A program made the translations under genes and the position numbers. The notes under the pieces were generated by a model that had not been told where the DNA came from, did not search any database, and was given only the letters and a program-made list of their open reading frames with translations. From assembly GCA_040220235.1 (NCBI GenBank), contig JAVJTO010000006.1: DNA of 64,000 nt; one strand, given 5' to 3'. The stretch is from Coleofasciculus sp. B1-GNL1-01 (GTDB lineage: Bacteria > Cyanobacteriota > Cyanobacteriia > Cyanobacteriales > Coleofasciculaceae). Positions 9,874 to 21,100 of the stretch are shown here, piece after piece; within the stretch, counting starts at the first letter, position 1; the number at the start of each line of letters is the position of its first letter.

Positions 9874-11715
9874 TTATTTGAGTTGATAAAGGGCAATGGG
9901 TTGTTCACTGTCCTCAAATTGCCACTGTCCCATCGGTTGCGGTGGCTGGGGCAAATGGTTCGCGATCGCCTCATAAACGCTATGAGATATACAAATCCCG
10001 CCAGGAGGGGCTTCTGCGGTAAGATGATGGGCAATGTTGACGCCGGGTCCACTCACACCCGTGTAACAAAAAATAACATCTTCCCAATGGATACCAATCC
10101 GATAACAGAGTCCCGGCGTTAAGTCCCGTTGAACGGCGGATTGAAGCGTTAATTGAATCTCTTGGGCAAAGTTAATCGCCTGGAGGCAACTGGGAAATAC
10201 AATTAACATTCCTTGGTCAATGGATTTGATAATTTTTCCGTCAAATTCTTGAGCAAGCTGGACAAACAATTGTAGGTCTTTGTAGAGTTGATTAAACGTC
10301 GGTTCTGGATGAGCCAGTAGGTTAGCAGTTAAGTTGACCCCCTCAATCACCACCATGCTAGCTTGGCGGGTTTCGGGGGGAAATTTTAAGCCGAGGGGTT
10401 TGAGGCGATCGCGAAAATAGTGGTGATATAATTGGCAACGCAGTTTAACCTTGCCCTGAGCCACCTGTACCAGTCCTAGATTTTGCAAGCGACGGGTAAG
10501 AATTGGCTCAAACTCTACAGGCGTTGATGAATTGGCAAGTTGAATCAAGGCATTCATGAGTGCTGAATCCTGGTGGAGATGTTCTAAGCACTGGTGCAAA
10601 TGCTCTCGATAAATGTCAGCTTCTGCGGTAACAGTTGCCAAAAATTGGTCAATCGGAATTTTTTCGGTTTTAATCGCATTTAACGTTAGCTGGAGCAGAT
10701 ACGGATGACCCCCTATCAACTGATACAATTGCGTAACCTGTTGCGGTTGCCAACTGAATCCATGGCGAATCACTAACTCTTGGACGTGTTCCCTAGTAAA
10801 CTCGGGTAACTGGAGCGATAATTCTGCTGTAAATTCCATAGACTTACCTCCAGACATGGCGTAAACGTCAGTCGAATTTACAATCACGAGGCGCAATTTT
10901 TGCCAAAGTTGACTACATCTATCCCCATAACTGGCTTTTTCGCCCCAGGTTTGCAGCAAACTAAAAAAATCTCTAGCAATTTCTGGATAGTTAAATAGTA
11001 TATCAGCATCGTCTAATGCCAAAACTAAAGGATTATCAAGTTGCGGTAAGAGATAGGTTTCAAAATAATAGGTGGTATTAGCATTTCCGCCATAGATATC
11101 ATCCCAATAGGTTGGCACTTGATGCGGTAAACCCAAGCCTCGTGTCACCACCGCACAGAACCATTGCAGGAATCGCTGTAAGTCACGAACTATGGCAAAT
11201 TCTGCCAGTTGCAGGTTTAAGGGGATGGTATGAAAGCCTTCCTCCCTAGCCTGCTGCAAGATTCGCGTCATCAGAGAGGTTTTTCCCATTTGCTTAGGCG
11301 CAACAATTTGGATGGAACTTCCCGGTTTGATCAGAGTTTCGTGACAAAGGGATTCAAGGGGTAAACGTTCAATATAAAAAGGAGAATCAAGAGGAACTGG
11401 ACTTTTGAGCGGAACTTGATCATAATGAGATGAGTTGGTATCTGCTTTGGTATAGTCGTTAAGATTAAGTGTCAGATCAAAGGCGCTGAAATAGGACATC
11501 AAGGTTTTGCGATCGACAGGTATCGTCCGCCGTCGTACTTTGATCAGGGTGTTTGGGCTTAAATGAGTACGTTCGCTTAATTGTTCTAGGGTGTAGGGTT
11601 TTCCCCGATTATCTTGAAACGCTAATTTGCGCTGCGCCGCTTTTAGGCGTTGCCAACCTTGAACGGAAAGAATAACTCCCCGTTGACGTTTGGAAGGCTG
11701 ATGTTTTGGTGACAT
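9874..11715 (-). CDS. HTH-like N-terminus + AAA-like (AAA_35) NTPase + degenerate class III cyclase-like domain
   Basis: RGVILSVQGWQRL N-terminus, SPFYIER, Walker A APKQMGKTS, Walker B LALDDAD, GGHPYL, and C-terminal RIGIH...G.GVNIA. Confidence 0.85.
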   Translation of the reverse strand: MSPKHQPSKRQRGVILSVQGWQRLKAAQRKLAFQDNRGKPYTLEQLSERTHLSPNTLIKVRRRTIPVDRKTLMSYFSAFDLTLNLNDYTKADTNSSHYDQVPLKSPVPLDSPFYIERLPLESLCHETLIKPGSSIQIVAPKQMGKTSLMTRILQQAREEGFHTIPLNLQLAEFAIVRDLQRFLQWFCAVVTRGLGLPHQVPTYWDDIYGGNANTTYYFETYLLPQLDNPLVLALDDADILFNYPEIARDFFSLLQTWGEKASYGDRCSQLWQKLRLVIVNSTDVYAMSGGKSMEFTAELSLQLPEFTREHVQELVIRHGFSWQPQQVTQLYQLIGGHPYLLQLTLNAIKTEKIPIDQFLATVTAEADIYREHLHQCLEHLHQDSALMNALIQLANSSTPVEFEPILTRRLQNLGLVQVAQGKVKLRCQLYHHYFRDRLKPLGLKFPPETRQASMVVIEGVNLTANLLAHPEPTFNQLYKDLQLFVQLAQEFDGKIIKSIDQGMLIVFPSCLQAINFAQEIQLTLQSAVQRDLTPGLCYRIGIHWEDVIFCYTGVSGPGVNIAHHLTAEAPPGGICISHSVYEAIANHLPQPPQPMGQWQFEDSEQPIALYQLK

Positions 11716-11841
11716 TCAGGTTAAGAGTCGCTTAAGTGTCAGAATGGGTTCAAACCGTTCATTTTAAGCGAAAACTGTGAAAAAACGGTGAATGCCTTGC
11801 CTGAACCCGCCGACTTTTCCATCCGCATTACCCCGTCGGTG

Positions 11842-11866
11842 GTTAAGTTGTGAACTTAACTTGTGA
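11842..11866. promoter_or_regulatory. Candidate operator: inverted repeat GTTAAGTT-gtg-AACTTAAC overlapping direct repeat TTAA(G/C)TTGTGA x2
   Basis: Seen in the intergenic region between the divergent AAA-like and DUF4388 genes. Confidence 0.4.
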
Positions 11867-11942
11867 TCTTGCGTTGTATTATTTGAGAACTAACGGCAAA
11901 CTGCAATAACAAGTTGATAGGGCAAGTGTCTTAGTAATTACA

Positions 11943-12656
11943 ATGATGGGTATTATCGGTACTTTAAGCGACGTATCATTACCAGAGATTTTTCAGTTAC
12001 TTGAAAAGGGCAAAAGGACGGGCTTGTTGACTGTTCGGGCGTTTCCTCCAGCTACTGGAACCTACTACTTATGGGTTAAACAGGGTCACATTATCGCGGC
12101 GGCGAATCGGCGAGATGGACAAGGTTTAATCTCATTGATTAGCAAATGTAAATTGGTTAGCGATCGCGTGTTAACTAAACTGGTTCAATGGTGTTGTCCC
12201 GTTAATCAGCCATTAGGCGTTTGTTTAAAACAACAAGGGGTTTTAACGCGCTTAAACTTAGAACAGCTATTTCAAATTCAACTGTTGCAGCAATTGTCTG
12301 TGCTGTTTCAACTAGAAGATGGTCAATTTCGATTTAATTCTGTGGCTGTAATTCCCACCCCAGAAATGACCGGGTTAAGTATTCCGGCGACAGAAGCAAC
12401 CTTAATGGGATTGCGGGTTTTAGCCAATTGGGATAATTTGGCGGCTAAATTACCTGATCCGAATCAGAATTTACTCAGTACAATCGCCGATTATCCTTCC
12501 TATCAGCTAGATACATTAGAATGGCAAATTTGGCAGTATAGTAAAGGGGCGGAATCGCTTCATACCATTGCCCAACATCTCAAATTTCCTGTAGAACAGG
12601 TTCAACATATTGCCTTTAGGTTAATTAGTATAGGGTTAGCTGAAGCCATCCCTTAA
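11943..12656 (+). CDS. DUF4388 (PATAN-related) domain protein
   Basis: N-terminus GTLSDVSLPEIFQLLEKGKRTGLL; G.F.F motif; C-terminal wHTH-like IAQHL...AFRL...GL. Confidence 0.85.
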   Translation: MMGIIGTLSDVSLPEIFQLLEKGKRTGLLTVRAFPPATGTYYLWVKQGHIIAAANRRDGQGLISLISKCKLVSDRVLTKLVQWCCPVNQPLGVCLKQQGVLTRLNLEQLFQIQLLQQLSVLFQLEDGQFRFNSVAVIPTPEMTGLSIPATEATLMGLRVLANWDNLAAKLPDPNQNLLSTIADYPSYQLDTLEWQIWQYSKGAESLHTIAQHLKFPVEQVQHIAFRLISIGLAEAIP

Positions 12657-12664
12657 ACTTCGTT

Positions 12665-12705
12665 TGTCATTGGTCATTGGTCATTGGTCATTGGTCATTT
12701 GTCTT
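12665..12705. repeat. STRR heptamer (GGTCATT)n
   Basis: Tandem units overlapping the stop codon of the HxlR-family gene. Confidence 0.85.
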
Positions 12706-13036
12706 GTGTAAGGGTCAAATGTTTTATCCCCCATTCATGCATCGCTTCCAGAATCGGTTGAAGACTCTCACCTAATGGGGTTAAAGAATACTCAACCTTT
12801 GGCGGAACTTGCAGATAAACCTCCCGATGAACAATACCATCCGCTTCCAGTTCTCGTAACTGTTGCGTCAGCATTTTCTGGGTAATACCATGTAAAGCCC
12901 GATGTAACTGACCAAAACGCTTCACCCCTGCCAATAATTCCCGCAGAATCAAGACTTTCCAGCGACCGCCAATAACCTCTAATGTACGTTCTACCGGACA
13001 ATTGGCGCGTTCACTCTCGGCGCGTTTAGTTGCCAT
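12695..13036 (-). CDS. HxlR-family winged-helix transcriptional regulator
   Basis: Motifs [29 protein letters not shown] and [10 protein letters not shown]; divergent from a pirin gene. Confidence 0.95.
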   Translation of the reverse strand: MATKRAESERANCPVERTLEVIGGRWKVLILRELLAGVKRFGQLHRALHGITQKMLTQQLRELEADGIVHREVYLQVPPKVEYSLTPLGESLQPILEAMHEWGIKHLTLTQDK

Positions 13037-13321
13037 AGTATCGTTTTGGTAACTAGCTTACTTTCAAGTGCATACTTCCCATAATAGTGGTATGGGTTTT
13101 ATAGTTGAACTATCAGGACTTACGCAGCCACACCATATATATTGGTTAAGGTGCGTTACGCTACGCTAACACACCCTACTGGCGTGGCACACCTAATTTG
13201 ATAGATTAGCTTGGGTTCGTAGTAAGGGCTTTAGCCCTATATTTTGTTGGGATGCTTCCTGTGAATACCTAACCCAGTCCGATGGTTATAGGGATAACAA
13301 AGGACAAAGGACGAATGACAA

Positions 13322-14020
13322 ATGATTAAACTTCGCAAATCTCAAGACAGAGGACATGCTAATTACGGTTGGTTAGACACCTATCACACCTTTTCATTTG
13401 CTAACTATTACGATGCAAACGCGATGGGATTTCGTACCCTGCGCGTGATTAATCAGGATCGGGTTAGTCCGGGTGCGGGATTCGGTACTCACGGACATCG
13501 GGACATGGAAATTATTACTTATGTTTTAAATGGGGCGCTAGAACATAAAGATAATATGGGGAATGGTTCCGTGATTTATCCTGGTGATGTACAACGGATG
13601 AGTGCAGGGACAGGTATCCGTCATAGTGAATTTAATCAGTCACAAACGGAATCGGTTCACTTGTTACAGATTTGGATTTTGCCCGATAAAAATGGACATC
13701 ATCCTAGCTATGAACAGAATAACTTTGGTATCGCCAAGAATCCTGGACAATTCCATTTAATTGCTTCAGGTGATGGCAGAGAAAACTCCCTGACGATTCA
13801 TCAAGATGTAAACGTATATGCAGCCGTCTTGACAAAGCGCGATCGCATCACTCATTCTTTCGCACCTCAACGCTATGGCTGGTTGCAGGTAGCGCGAGGT
13901 ACGATTACGGTGAACGGGTTAACCTTAGAGTCAGGAGACGGTGCAGCGTTGAGTGAGGAAACGGATGTGGCAATAACTGCGACAACCGATGCTGAAATTT
14001 TACTCTTCGATTTGGCATAA
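13322..14020 (+). CDS. Pirin family protein (YhhW-like)
   Basis: Motifs GFGTHGHRDMEI, MSAGTGIRHSE and LQIWI. Confidence 0.95.
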   Translation: MIKLRKSQDRGHANYGWLDTYHTFSFANYYDANAMGFRTLRVINQDRVSPGAGFGTHGHRDMEIITYVLNGALEHKDNMGNGSVIYPGDVQRMSAGTGIRHSEFNQSQTESVHLLQIWILPDKNGHHPSYEQNNFGIAKNPGQFHLIASGDGRENSLTIHQDVNVYAAVLTKRDRITHSFAPQRYGWLQVARGTITVNGLTLESGDGAALSEETDVAITATTDAEILLFDLA

Positions 14021-14071
14021 TCTGAACTCTTGGGGGTGCATTTTATTGTCAGTATTAATTCCATTACGTCA

Positions 14072-14710
14072 CTATTGTCCTATCTGTTGAAACAGTAACG
14101 CGACTTTATCCAAATCTTTATCTCCGGGCGATCGCTCAACGCCACTTGAAAGATCAATCCCATCGGGGTGCAATCGTTTCAACGCTTCGCCAATATTCTC
14201 TGGGGTTAAGCCGCCAGCCAGAAACCACGGTAAAGGGGGATTAAAGTCAGCCAGCTTCTGCCAGTCAAGTGTTTTACCCGTACCCCCTAGCATCTGGGGA
14301 TGGTAAGCATCGAGTAACAGGGTATCGACACAACTGACATAGCGATCGCCTAACTGTAAATCTTCCGGCGTTTTCACCCTCAACGCTTTGATCAATTCAA
14401 TCTCAGGCAGACATTGCCGCAATTGGCTGCAAAATTCGGGGGATTCATTTCCATGAAGTTGAATGCTGTTCAATCTGGCTTGGGCAACCGTGGCGCAGAT
14501 TTCTTCAACACAAGCGTTGGCAAATACGCCGATAGTATCCACCGATATCGTCAATGACTCTACGATCAATCCGATTTGATTGGGGGTGACGTACCGGGGG
14601 GAAGCGGGTACACATACGAATCCCAGGGCGGTTGCACCCTTTTGCGCGATCGCTTGTCCTTGTTCTGGTTTGGTAATGCCACAAATTTTAACCCGCATCG
14701 ATAGCCCCAT
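14072..14710 (-). CDS. trpF: Phosphoribosylanthranilate isomerase
   Basis: Motifs VKICGIT, QLHGNE, GGTG, LAGGL and DLSSGVE. Confidence 0.96.
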   Translation of the reverse strand: MGLSMRVKICGITKPEQGQAIAQKGATALGFVCVPASPRYVTPNQIGLIVESLTISVDTIGVFANACVEEICATVAQARLNSIQLHGNESPEFCSQLRQCLPEIELIKALRVKTPEDLQLGDRYVSCVDTLLLDAYHPQMLGGTGKTLDWQKLADFNPPLPWFLAGGLTPENIGEALKRLHPDGIDLSSGVERSPGDKDLDKVALLFQQIGQ

Positions 14711-14822
14711 TCTCGTTTTTTCGTCAAATTGTTAAATATTACAACATTTTATGAATTTTATCCCGATAATTCTTTATTATTTTTTCACTTGTATCTGTTT
14801 ATCAAGACCAGGAGAATATACA

Positions 14823-15101
14823 ATGCTTAACACAACTTTACTCGCGGCGGTGCAATCGTCTGTACCCTCAACCCCTAGCTGGACTCCCACTGTGGGGCTA
14901 GTGATGATTATCTGCAACCTGGTGGTACTGGTTGCAGGGTACTACGCGATTCAAAATCCGGGTGTGGGACCGGATTTACCCCTGCCAAAACCCGCCATCT
15001 TCAAGCGTTTCGGTGTGACCGAACTGTTGGCAACGGCTAGCTTGGGACACCTGGTTGGCGCTGGTGTGATCTTGGGACTGAGTAACGCCGGGGCACTCTA
15101 A
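14823..15101 (+). CDS. psaK: Photosystem I subunit PsaK
   Basis: ELLATASLGHLVGAGVILGL and two TM helices. ATG at 14823 follows AGGAG. Confidence 0.93.
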   Translation: MLNTTLLAAVQSSVPSTPSWTPTVGLVMIICNLVVLVAGYYAIQNPGVGPDLPLPKPAIFKRFGVTELLATASLGHLVGAGVILGLSNAGAL

Positions 15102-15133
15102 GTCGGGATTTTGAGATACCTTCTTCCCTTCTG

Positions 15134-15166
15134 AGATCCCCGACTTCTTGAAGAAGCTGGGGATCT
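15134..15166. terminator. Palindromic repeat downstream of psaK (copy of the 9833 element)
   Basis: AGATCCCCGACTTCTTGAAGAAGCTGGGGATCT. Confidence 0.65.
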
Positions 15167-15240
15167 AAAAGCTAATATCGTAGAATACGAATACTGTCAA
15201 TTACCCCTAGTCCAGGTAAACGTCAAAGGAAGCAAAAACC

Positions 15241-16443
15241 TTGATACAGTCAAATTGGCGAATTGGCTCATTATTCGGAATACCTTTCTTTATTGACCCG
15301 TCGTGGTTTTTTATCTTAGCCTTGGTGACCTTACTCAAGGCGGGGAATTTCGATCCGAGTTTTCAGTCAATTTCCGCCTGGAGTCTGGGGTTGGTGATGG
15401 CGCTATTATTGTTTGCTTCGGTGTTATTGCATGAACTAGGGCATAGTTTAGTGGCGCGATCGCAGGGAATTAAAGTCAATTCGATTACTCTGTTTATCTT
15501 TGGCGGCGTGGCGGCGATTGACCGTGAATCTCAGACTCCCGGTGATGCGTTTCAAGTCGCGATCGCAGGTCCTGGGGTTAGCCTCTGCCTGTTTGGTCTA
15601 TTTTATGGGTTAACTCAGGTACTGCCCACGGAAAATCTGGGATATCTGGTGGCGGCGGATCTGGCAAGAATTAACCTTGTATTAACCCTGTTTAATTTAA
15701 TCCCCGGATTACCCCTCGATGGTGGACAAGTTCTCAAAGCGGCAATCTGGAAGCTGACGGGGAATCGCTTGCAAGGAGTGCGTTGGGCAGCACAGGCGGG
15801 TAAAGTGATTGGCTCTTTAGCGATCGCGGTATCCTTAGGACTGACTTTGTTAACTGGAGTATGGACAATCCTGTGGTTGGCGTTGATCGGCACTTTTGTG
15901 TATCGCAATGCCAATGCTTATGATCGCCTGAGTATCTTACAAGAAGCCTTACTTGAGCTTCAAGCTTCCGACGCCATGACCCGCAATTTTCGTGTCTTGG
16001 ATGCCACCATGAGCTTACGGTCTTTTGCGGATGAGTACATTCTGGCAGATATTCAGACGAATAAGCCGTATTATGCCGCGTCGGAGGGACGTTATCGCGG
16101 TTTAGTTAAGATTCAAGACTTACAAACAATCGAACGCAGCCGCTGGGAAATAGAGTCCCTGGAGAGTCTGGTTCACCCGTTATCGGAAATTGCCACAGTT
16201 GAGGAGAAAACTCCGTTAATAGACGTAATTAAAACTCTGGACACTTGTCAGCTAAAGCATCTAACCGTACTTTCTCCCGCAGGCGCGATCGCGGGTGTTA
16301 TTGACCGAGGCGATATTGTCCAGGCGGTAGCAGGGCGTCTCAATTTACCGATTTCCCAGGAGCAAATCCAGCAGATTAAGGCAGAGGGGAGTTATCCATC
16401 CTGGTTAAAGTTGTCTGCGATCGCTAAAGCTACAACGTCATAG
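15241..16443 (+). CDS. Site-2 protease (peptidase M50) with CBS domains
   Basis: HELGH, FNLIPGLPLDGG, multiple TM segments and a C-terminal CBS pair. Confidence 0.93.
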   Translation: MIQSNWRIGSLFGIPFFIDPSWFFILALVTLLKAGNFDPSFQSISAWSLGLVMALLLFASVLLHELGHSLVARSQGIKVNSITLFIFGGVAAIDRESQTPGDAFQVAIAGPGVSLCLFGLFYGLTQVLPTENLGYLVAADLARINLVLTLFNLIPGLPLDGGQVLKAAIWKLTGNRLQGVRWAAQAGKVIGSLAIAVSLGLTLLTGVWTILWLALIGTFVYRNANAYDRLSILQEALLELQASDAMTRNFRVLDATMSLRSFADEYILADIQTNKPYYAASEGRYRGLVKIQDLQTIERSRWEIESLESLVHPLSEIATVEEKTPLIDVIKTLDTCQLKHLTVLSPAGAIAGVIDRGDIVQAVAGRLNLPISQEQIQQIKAEGSYPSWLKLSAIAKATTS

Positions 16444-16479
16444 TGGTCAGTGGTCAGTTATCAGTGGTCAGTAATTGGC

Positions 16480-16516
16480 TGATAACTGATAACTGATAAC
16501 TGATAACTGATAACTG
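16480..16516. repeat. STRR heptamer (GATAACT)n
   Basis: About 5 tandem units between convergent genes. Confidence 0.85.
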
Positions 16517-16525
16517 GTAAACGAA

Positions 16526-16753
16526 TTACTGGAGTAGGGAATTAAAAAGCGCTAATGAAGTCCGTTTGGCTGTGAGTAAAATAGACCCGACAATGAGCAG
16601 TTTTATCGCGAGTGGCGCTAAAATTAGATTCAACACCAGACAAAGTAACGCAATGATCGTTGCCCCTACTTGCACTAATTCCTCTGCGACATGGGTATGA
16701 ATGTAAACCGCGACGAGAGCGATCGCGAGAATTAGCAGAGACGGTATAATCAT
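16526..16753 (-). CDS. Small hypothetical membrane protein
   Basis: 75 aa with two to three hydrophobic segments; GAGG upstream. Confidence 0.65.
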   Translation of the reverse strand: MIIPSLLILAIALVAVYIHTHVAEELVQVGATIIALLCLVLNLILAPLAIKLLIVGSILLTAKRTSLALFNSLLQ

Positions 16754-16866
16754 CGAACAGTGCCTCTATACAGCTTGTAGTGGTTATTCTGATTATCCAC
16801 TACATCCCCCAGTCAAGACTTCCGTAAAATTTCTTAATAGAACTACGCCGATTGACTGAATCGCTA

Positions 16867-17166
<300 letters not shown>

Positions 17167-17219
17167 TCACCTGACTCTCCATTGAGTTAGCCTTGATTTA
17201 TTGGGATAGGAGCGCCGCC

Positions 17220-17951
17220 ATGATACAGTACAACCCATTGCAATATCTTCCCACTGCTGAAGAACTGCCCGACTCAGACGATACTCCTGTGGATAATGAA
17301 CTGCAAAACCTGATTCCAAATCTGCTACGAGCAATTCTGGCTTGGCTATGGGTAGAGCGCATGGACTGGTTTTTGGGCATCAATATGGGGGTCTATTACT
17401 CTCCAGGAGTTGACGCAATTGTACCCGATGGTTTTCTCAGTCTAGGAGTAGAGCGATTCAAAGCAGGTGGTAAGCTCCGACTGAGCTATGTCCTTTGGCA
17501 AGAGAAGGACATTGTTCCTCAGTGGGTGTTAGAGGTGGTCTCGAAAACGCCGGGTGATGAGTACGACGGGAAAATGACCAAGTATGCCGAGATGGGGGTG
17601 CTGTACTACACTATCTACAATCCTGACTACTGGAAACGCGATAAGCATGACCCGTTTGAGGTTTATCGCCTGATGAATGGGGTCTATGTACGTCAACAGG
17701 GAACGAAAGTGTGGATGCCTGAAATTGGGCTAGGAATTGGTTGTGAACAGGGTACTCATGAAGGATACACCAGGGAGTGGCTCTACTGGTATGACCAGGA
17801 GGGAAACCGCTTGCCCGCTCCCGCGAATGTCATTGAACAGGAGCGACAGCGAGCTGAACAGGAGCGACAGCGAGCTGAACAACTAGAACGGCAGCTATTT
17901 GACTTGCGTACCAAGTTACGAGAACAGGGAATTGACCCAGATCTTCTTTAA
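17220..17951 (+). CDS. Uma2-family (DUF820) endonuclease
   Basis: LPDSDDTPVDNELQ, VPDGFL, LEVVS, and an EQERQRA repeat tail; AGGAG before ATG 17220. Confidence 0.92.
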   Translation: MIQYNPLQYLPTAEELPDSDDTPVDNELQNLIPNLLRAILAWLWVERMDWFLGINMGVYYSPGVDAIVPDGFLSLGVERFKAGGKLRLSYVLWQEKDIVPQWVLEVVSKTPGDEYDGKMTKYAEMGVLYYTIYNPDYWKRDKHDPFEVYRLMNGVYVRQQGTKVWMPEIGLGIGCEQGTHEGYTREWLYWYDQEGNRLPAPANVIEQERQRAEQERQRAEQLERQLFDLRTKLREQGIDPDLL

Positions 17952-18121
17952 GTATCTTCCAATTTTGGGGTCTATTTTGTTGGGTTTCCTTGCGTTTTCC
18001 CAACCTACTGGACTGACACAGCTAAAATTGTGGAATAGATTTATCGTTAAATCGGGCGCACGTCGGTGCGCCCCTACAATGCTAATCCACCAATTAAGGT
18101 GTGCCACGCCAATACAATGGG

Positions 18122-21100
18122 TTATAACTTATAATTTATCGCCTCTTGCTTAACTCGTTGGTACTCCGATTCAATTTGGGCAACGAGTTCACATAAGCCT
18201 GTGGTCACTTGAGACTTGCTTAAATTTTCTAAGTCTTGACAAAGCTGGGAGAATTTAATTGCCCCTAATGCCGCACTGGATGATTTTAATGTATGAGCCG
18301 TGTGTTGCAAAGTGGGTAAATTATTCTCTTGCAGGGCTATTTGCAGAGTTTCCAACATGACAGGAGTATCTTCTAAATAAATATCAATTAATTGACGCAG
18401 CATTTCAGTCGCACTCTCGCCCATCATGTCGTGAAAGGTTTGTAAGACTTGGGGGTCAAGGGCTGACTCAGTTTGGGGTGCGGGTTCTGGGGGTTCCTCT
18501 GTCGGCTGACTCTGAGACAGAACCCGAACTAATTCATTGACGCGGATCGGTTTGCTGATATAGTCATCCATTCCTACCTCCAAACATTTTTCGCGATCGC
18601 CTTGCATGGCGTTGGCTGTCATGGCAATAATTCGCGGGCGGTTTGTCAGTAACCCTTGTTGGCAGATATGGCGGGTGGCGTCTAAGCCATCCATTTCCGG
18701 CATTTGGACATCCATGAATACGACATCATAAGGCTGACGGCGCAGGGCTTCAATGACTTCTAATCCATTCCCAGCGACATCGGCGCGATATCCCATGCGC
18801 TGCAATAACTGTAGGGCTAATTGTTGATTCACTTTATTGTCTTCCGCCACTAAGATTCGCAGGGGGATTCGTTGCGCCAAAGTGGGATCAAGGGAGGGTG
18901 AACCTACAGGCGATCGCTTGATTTTTGTGGGTTGTCCACTCAGGATTTGTGTTAATACGTTGTAGAGTTGCGATTGCTTAATTGGCTTACTTAAAAAGGC
19001 GGCAAAATTCGCTTCCACGACTCCAGAGGCAATCTCTGGTTTACCCATGGACGATAAGATTAATAGAGGGAATTCTTTATCCTTAAACTGGTGACGGATT
19101 TGTTCGCCCAAGGTAATCCCGTCCATTCCTGGCATCTGCATATCCAGAATGGCAATATCATATTGTTCACCTTGAGACAGCCATGCTAACGCCTCTTGAC
19201 CCGATTCTGTAGCTTGTGACTGCATCCCCCAAGACTGGGCTTGTCGGATTAAAATTTGGCAGTTTGTCGTATTATCATCGACAATTAATAGCCGTTTTCC
19301 AGCTAGGTGAGTGTCACAGATGGGTTGTTCGACTACGGCTGAATCGGGGATGAATTCAGACAGAATTGTGAAGTAAAAGGTTGAACCTCCCGAACTCTCT
19401 TCTCCGCTATCAGTGGCTATCCATCCCGCAGGCGGATTTCCGGCGACTGATCCGCCACTTTCTACCCACATTTGACCTCCCATCATTTCGCACAGGCGTT
19501 TACAAATCGCTAATCCTAATCCTGTTCCCCCATATTGGCGAGAGGTAGAAGAATCAACCTGGCTAAAGGATTTAAACAGGCGATAAATCCGATCAGGGGG
19601 AATGCCAATTCCTGTATCTTTGACCGCAAATTGTAACTGATAGCGATCTCCCCTATCTTCCTCATCCCTCTCATCCGCCAAAATCTGGGCGGTTACGGAA
19701 ACCAAAACCTCTCCGGTTGGCGTAAATTTAACTGCATTACTAATTAAATTCACTAAAATTTGACGCAACCGCGTCACATCTCCGGCAATCCAATTGGGGG
19801 TTTGGGAGTCAATTAAATAGGCTAATTCCAGATTTTTCTCGGCGGCTTTGGTGGTAAGCAGATCCAGGGCTTCTTCAATGCAGGTGCGGAGTTCAAAGGG
19901 TTGTTCCTCTAACTCCATTTTCCCCGATTCAATTTTTGAGAAATCTAGAATATCGTTAATAATCGTCAGCAGTGCATCTCCACTATTACGAATAGTTTCG
20001 GCAAAATAGCGTTGATCTGAGGTCAAGTCAGTATCCAGAAGTAACCCGGTCATGCCAATCACCGCATTCATTGGCGTGCGAATTTCATGACTCATCGTTG
20101 CCAAGAATTCACTTTTCGCTTGGGTGGCGGCTTCGGCGGTTTGTCGGGCTTTTTCTAAGGCTACATTTTGTTCGGTTAACTGTTGACGTTGGCGGGTTTC
20201 CTGTTCCCACAAATGCGCCTGGGCGATCGCAATCCCGACTTGATCGGCAACGGCTTCGAGTAATTCAATTTCATGACTTGACCAATGGCGATAGGAATCA
20301 CACTGATGCAAGCCAATAATCCCATTCGGTTCCCCTTGATAGGAGGTGCGAATTGCCAGCATTGATTTTAATCCAATCTGACAACATATTTGGGTACAGC
20401 ATAACAACAATGGATCGGCATAGACATCTGGTGAAGAGATTGCCTTATCTTGTTTTAATAACTGTTGAACATGATAATTTCCCCGAATAGGAACCTCTAA
20501 CTGAAGAATAGATTCATATCCTGTTTCTAAATATTCTGCCACAAAGGGAATCGCTGGTGTCGGTTCCGTCAGGTAAGTATGAATCACACAACGATTGACG
20601 CCAAAAGCCCGACCAATTTGGGTAGCGGTGGTTTGAAAGATTTCTTTGGTGTTTAAACTGCGGCGAATTTCTTGGGTAATTTGCTTTAGCAGTACCGTTC
20701 GCATTAATTGTTGCTGAAGTGCAATCTCGGCTTGCTTGCGATCGCTAATATCAATGGATACCCCTAAGACAGCGGGAACATCGGAGTCAGCGACACAAAA
20801 GGGTATTTTTGTAGTTTGCAGAATTCGAGTTTCGCCTTGGGCATTGGTAATCGTTTCTTCGGGAATATAAAGGGTTTCGCCACTGTTAATAACGTGCAGA
20901 TCAGCTTTTCGGTATTGATGGGCATCGTCTACTGATGGGGCAACCTCTGTTTCTGCCCGATCCAGTAAGGCTTCGACGGTGGTTCCGTAAGTATCAGCCA
21001 CGGCTTGATTGACTAAAATAAACTGACCGTCTTTATTTTTGGCAAAGATTAAATGGGGAACTAAATCAATGACTTGGCGAAGTTTTTGTTCGCTGGCTTT

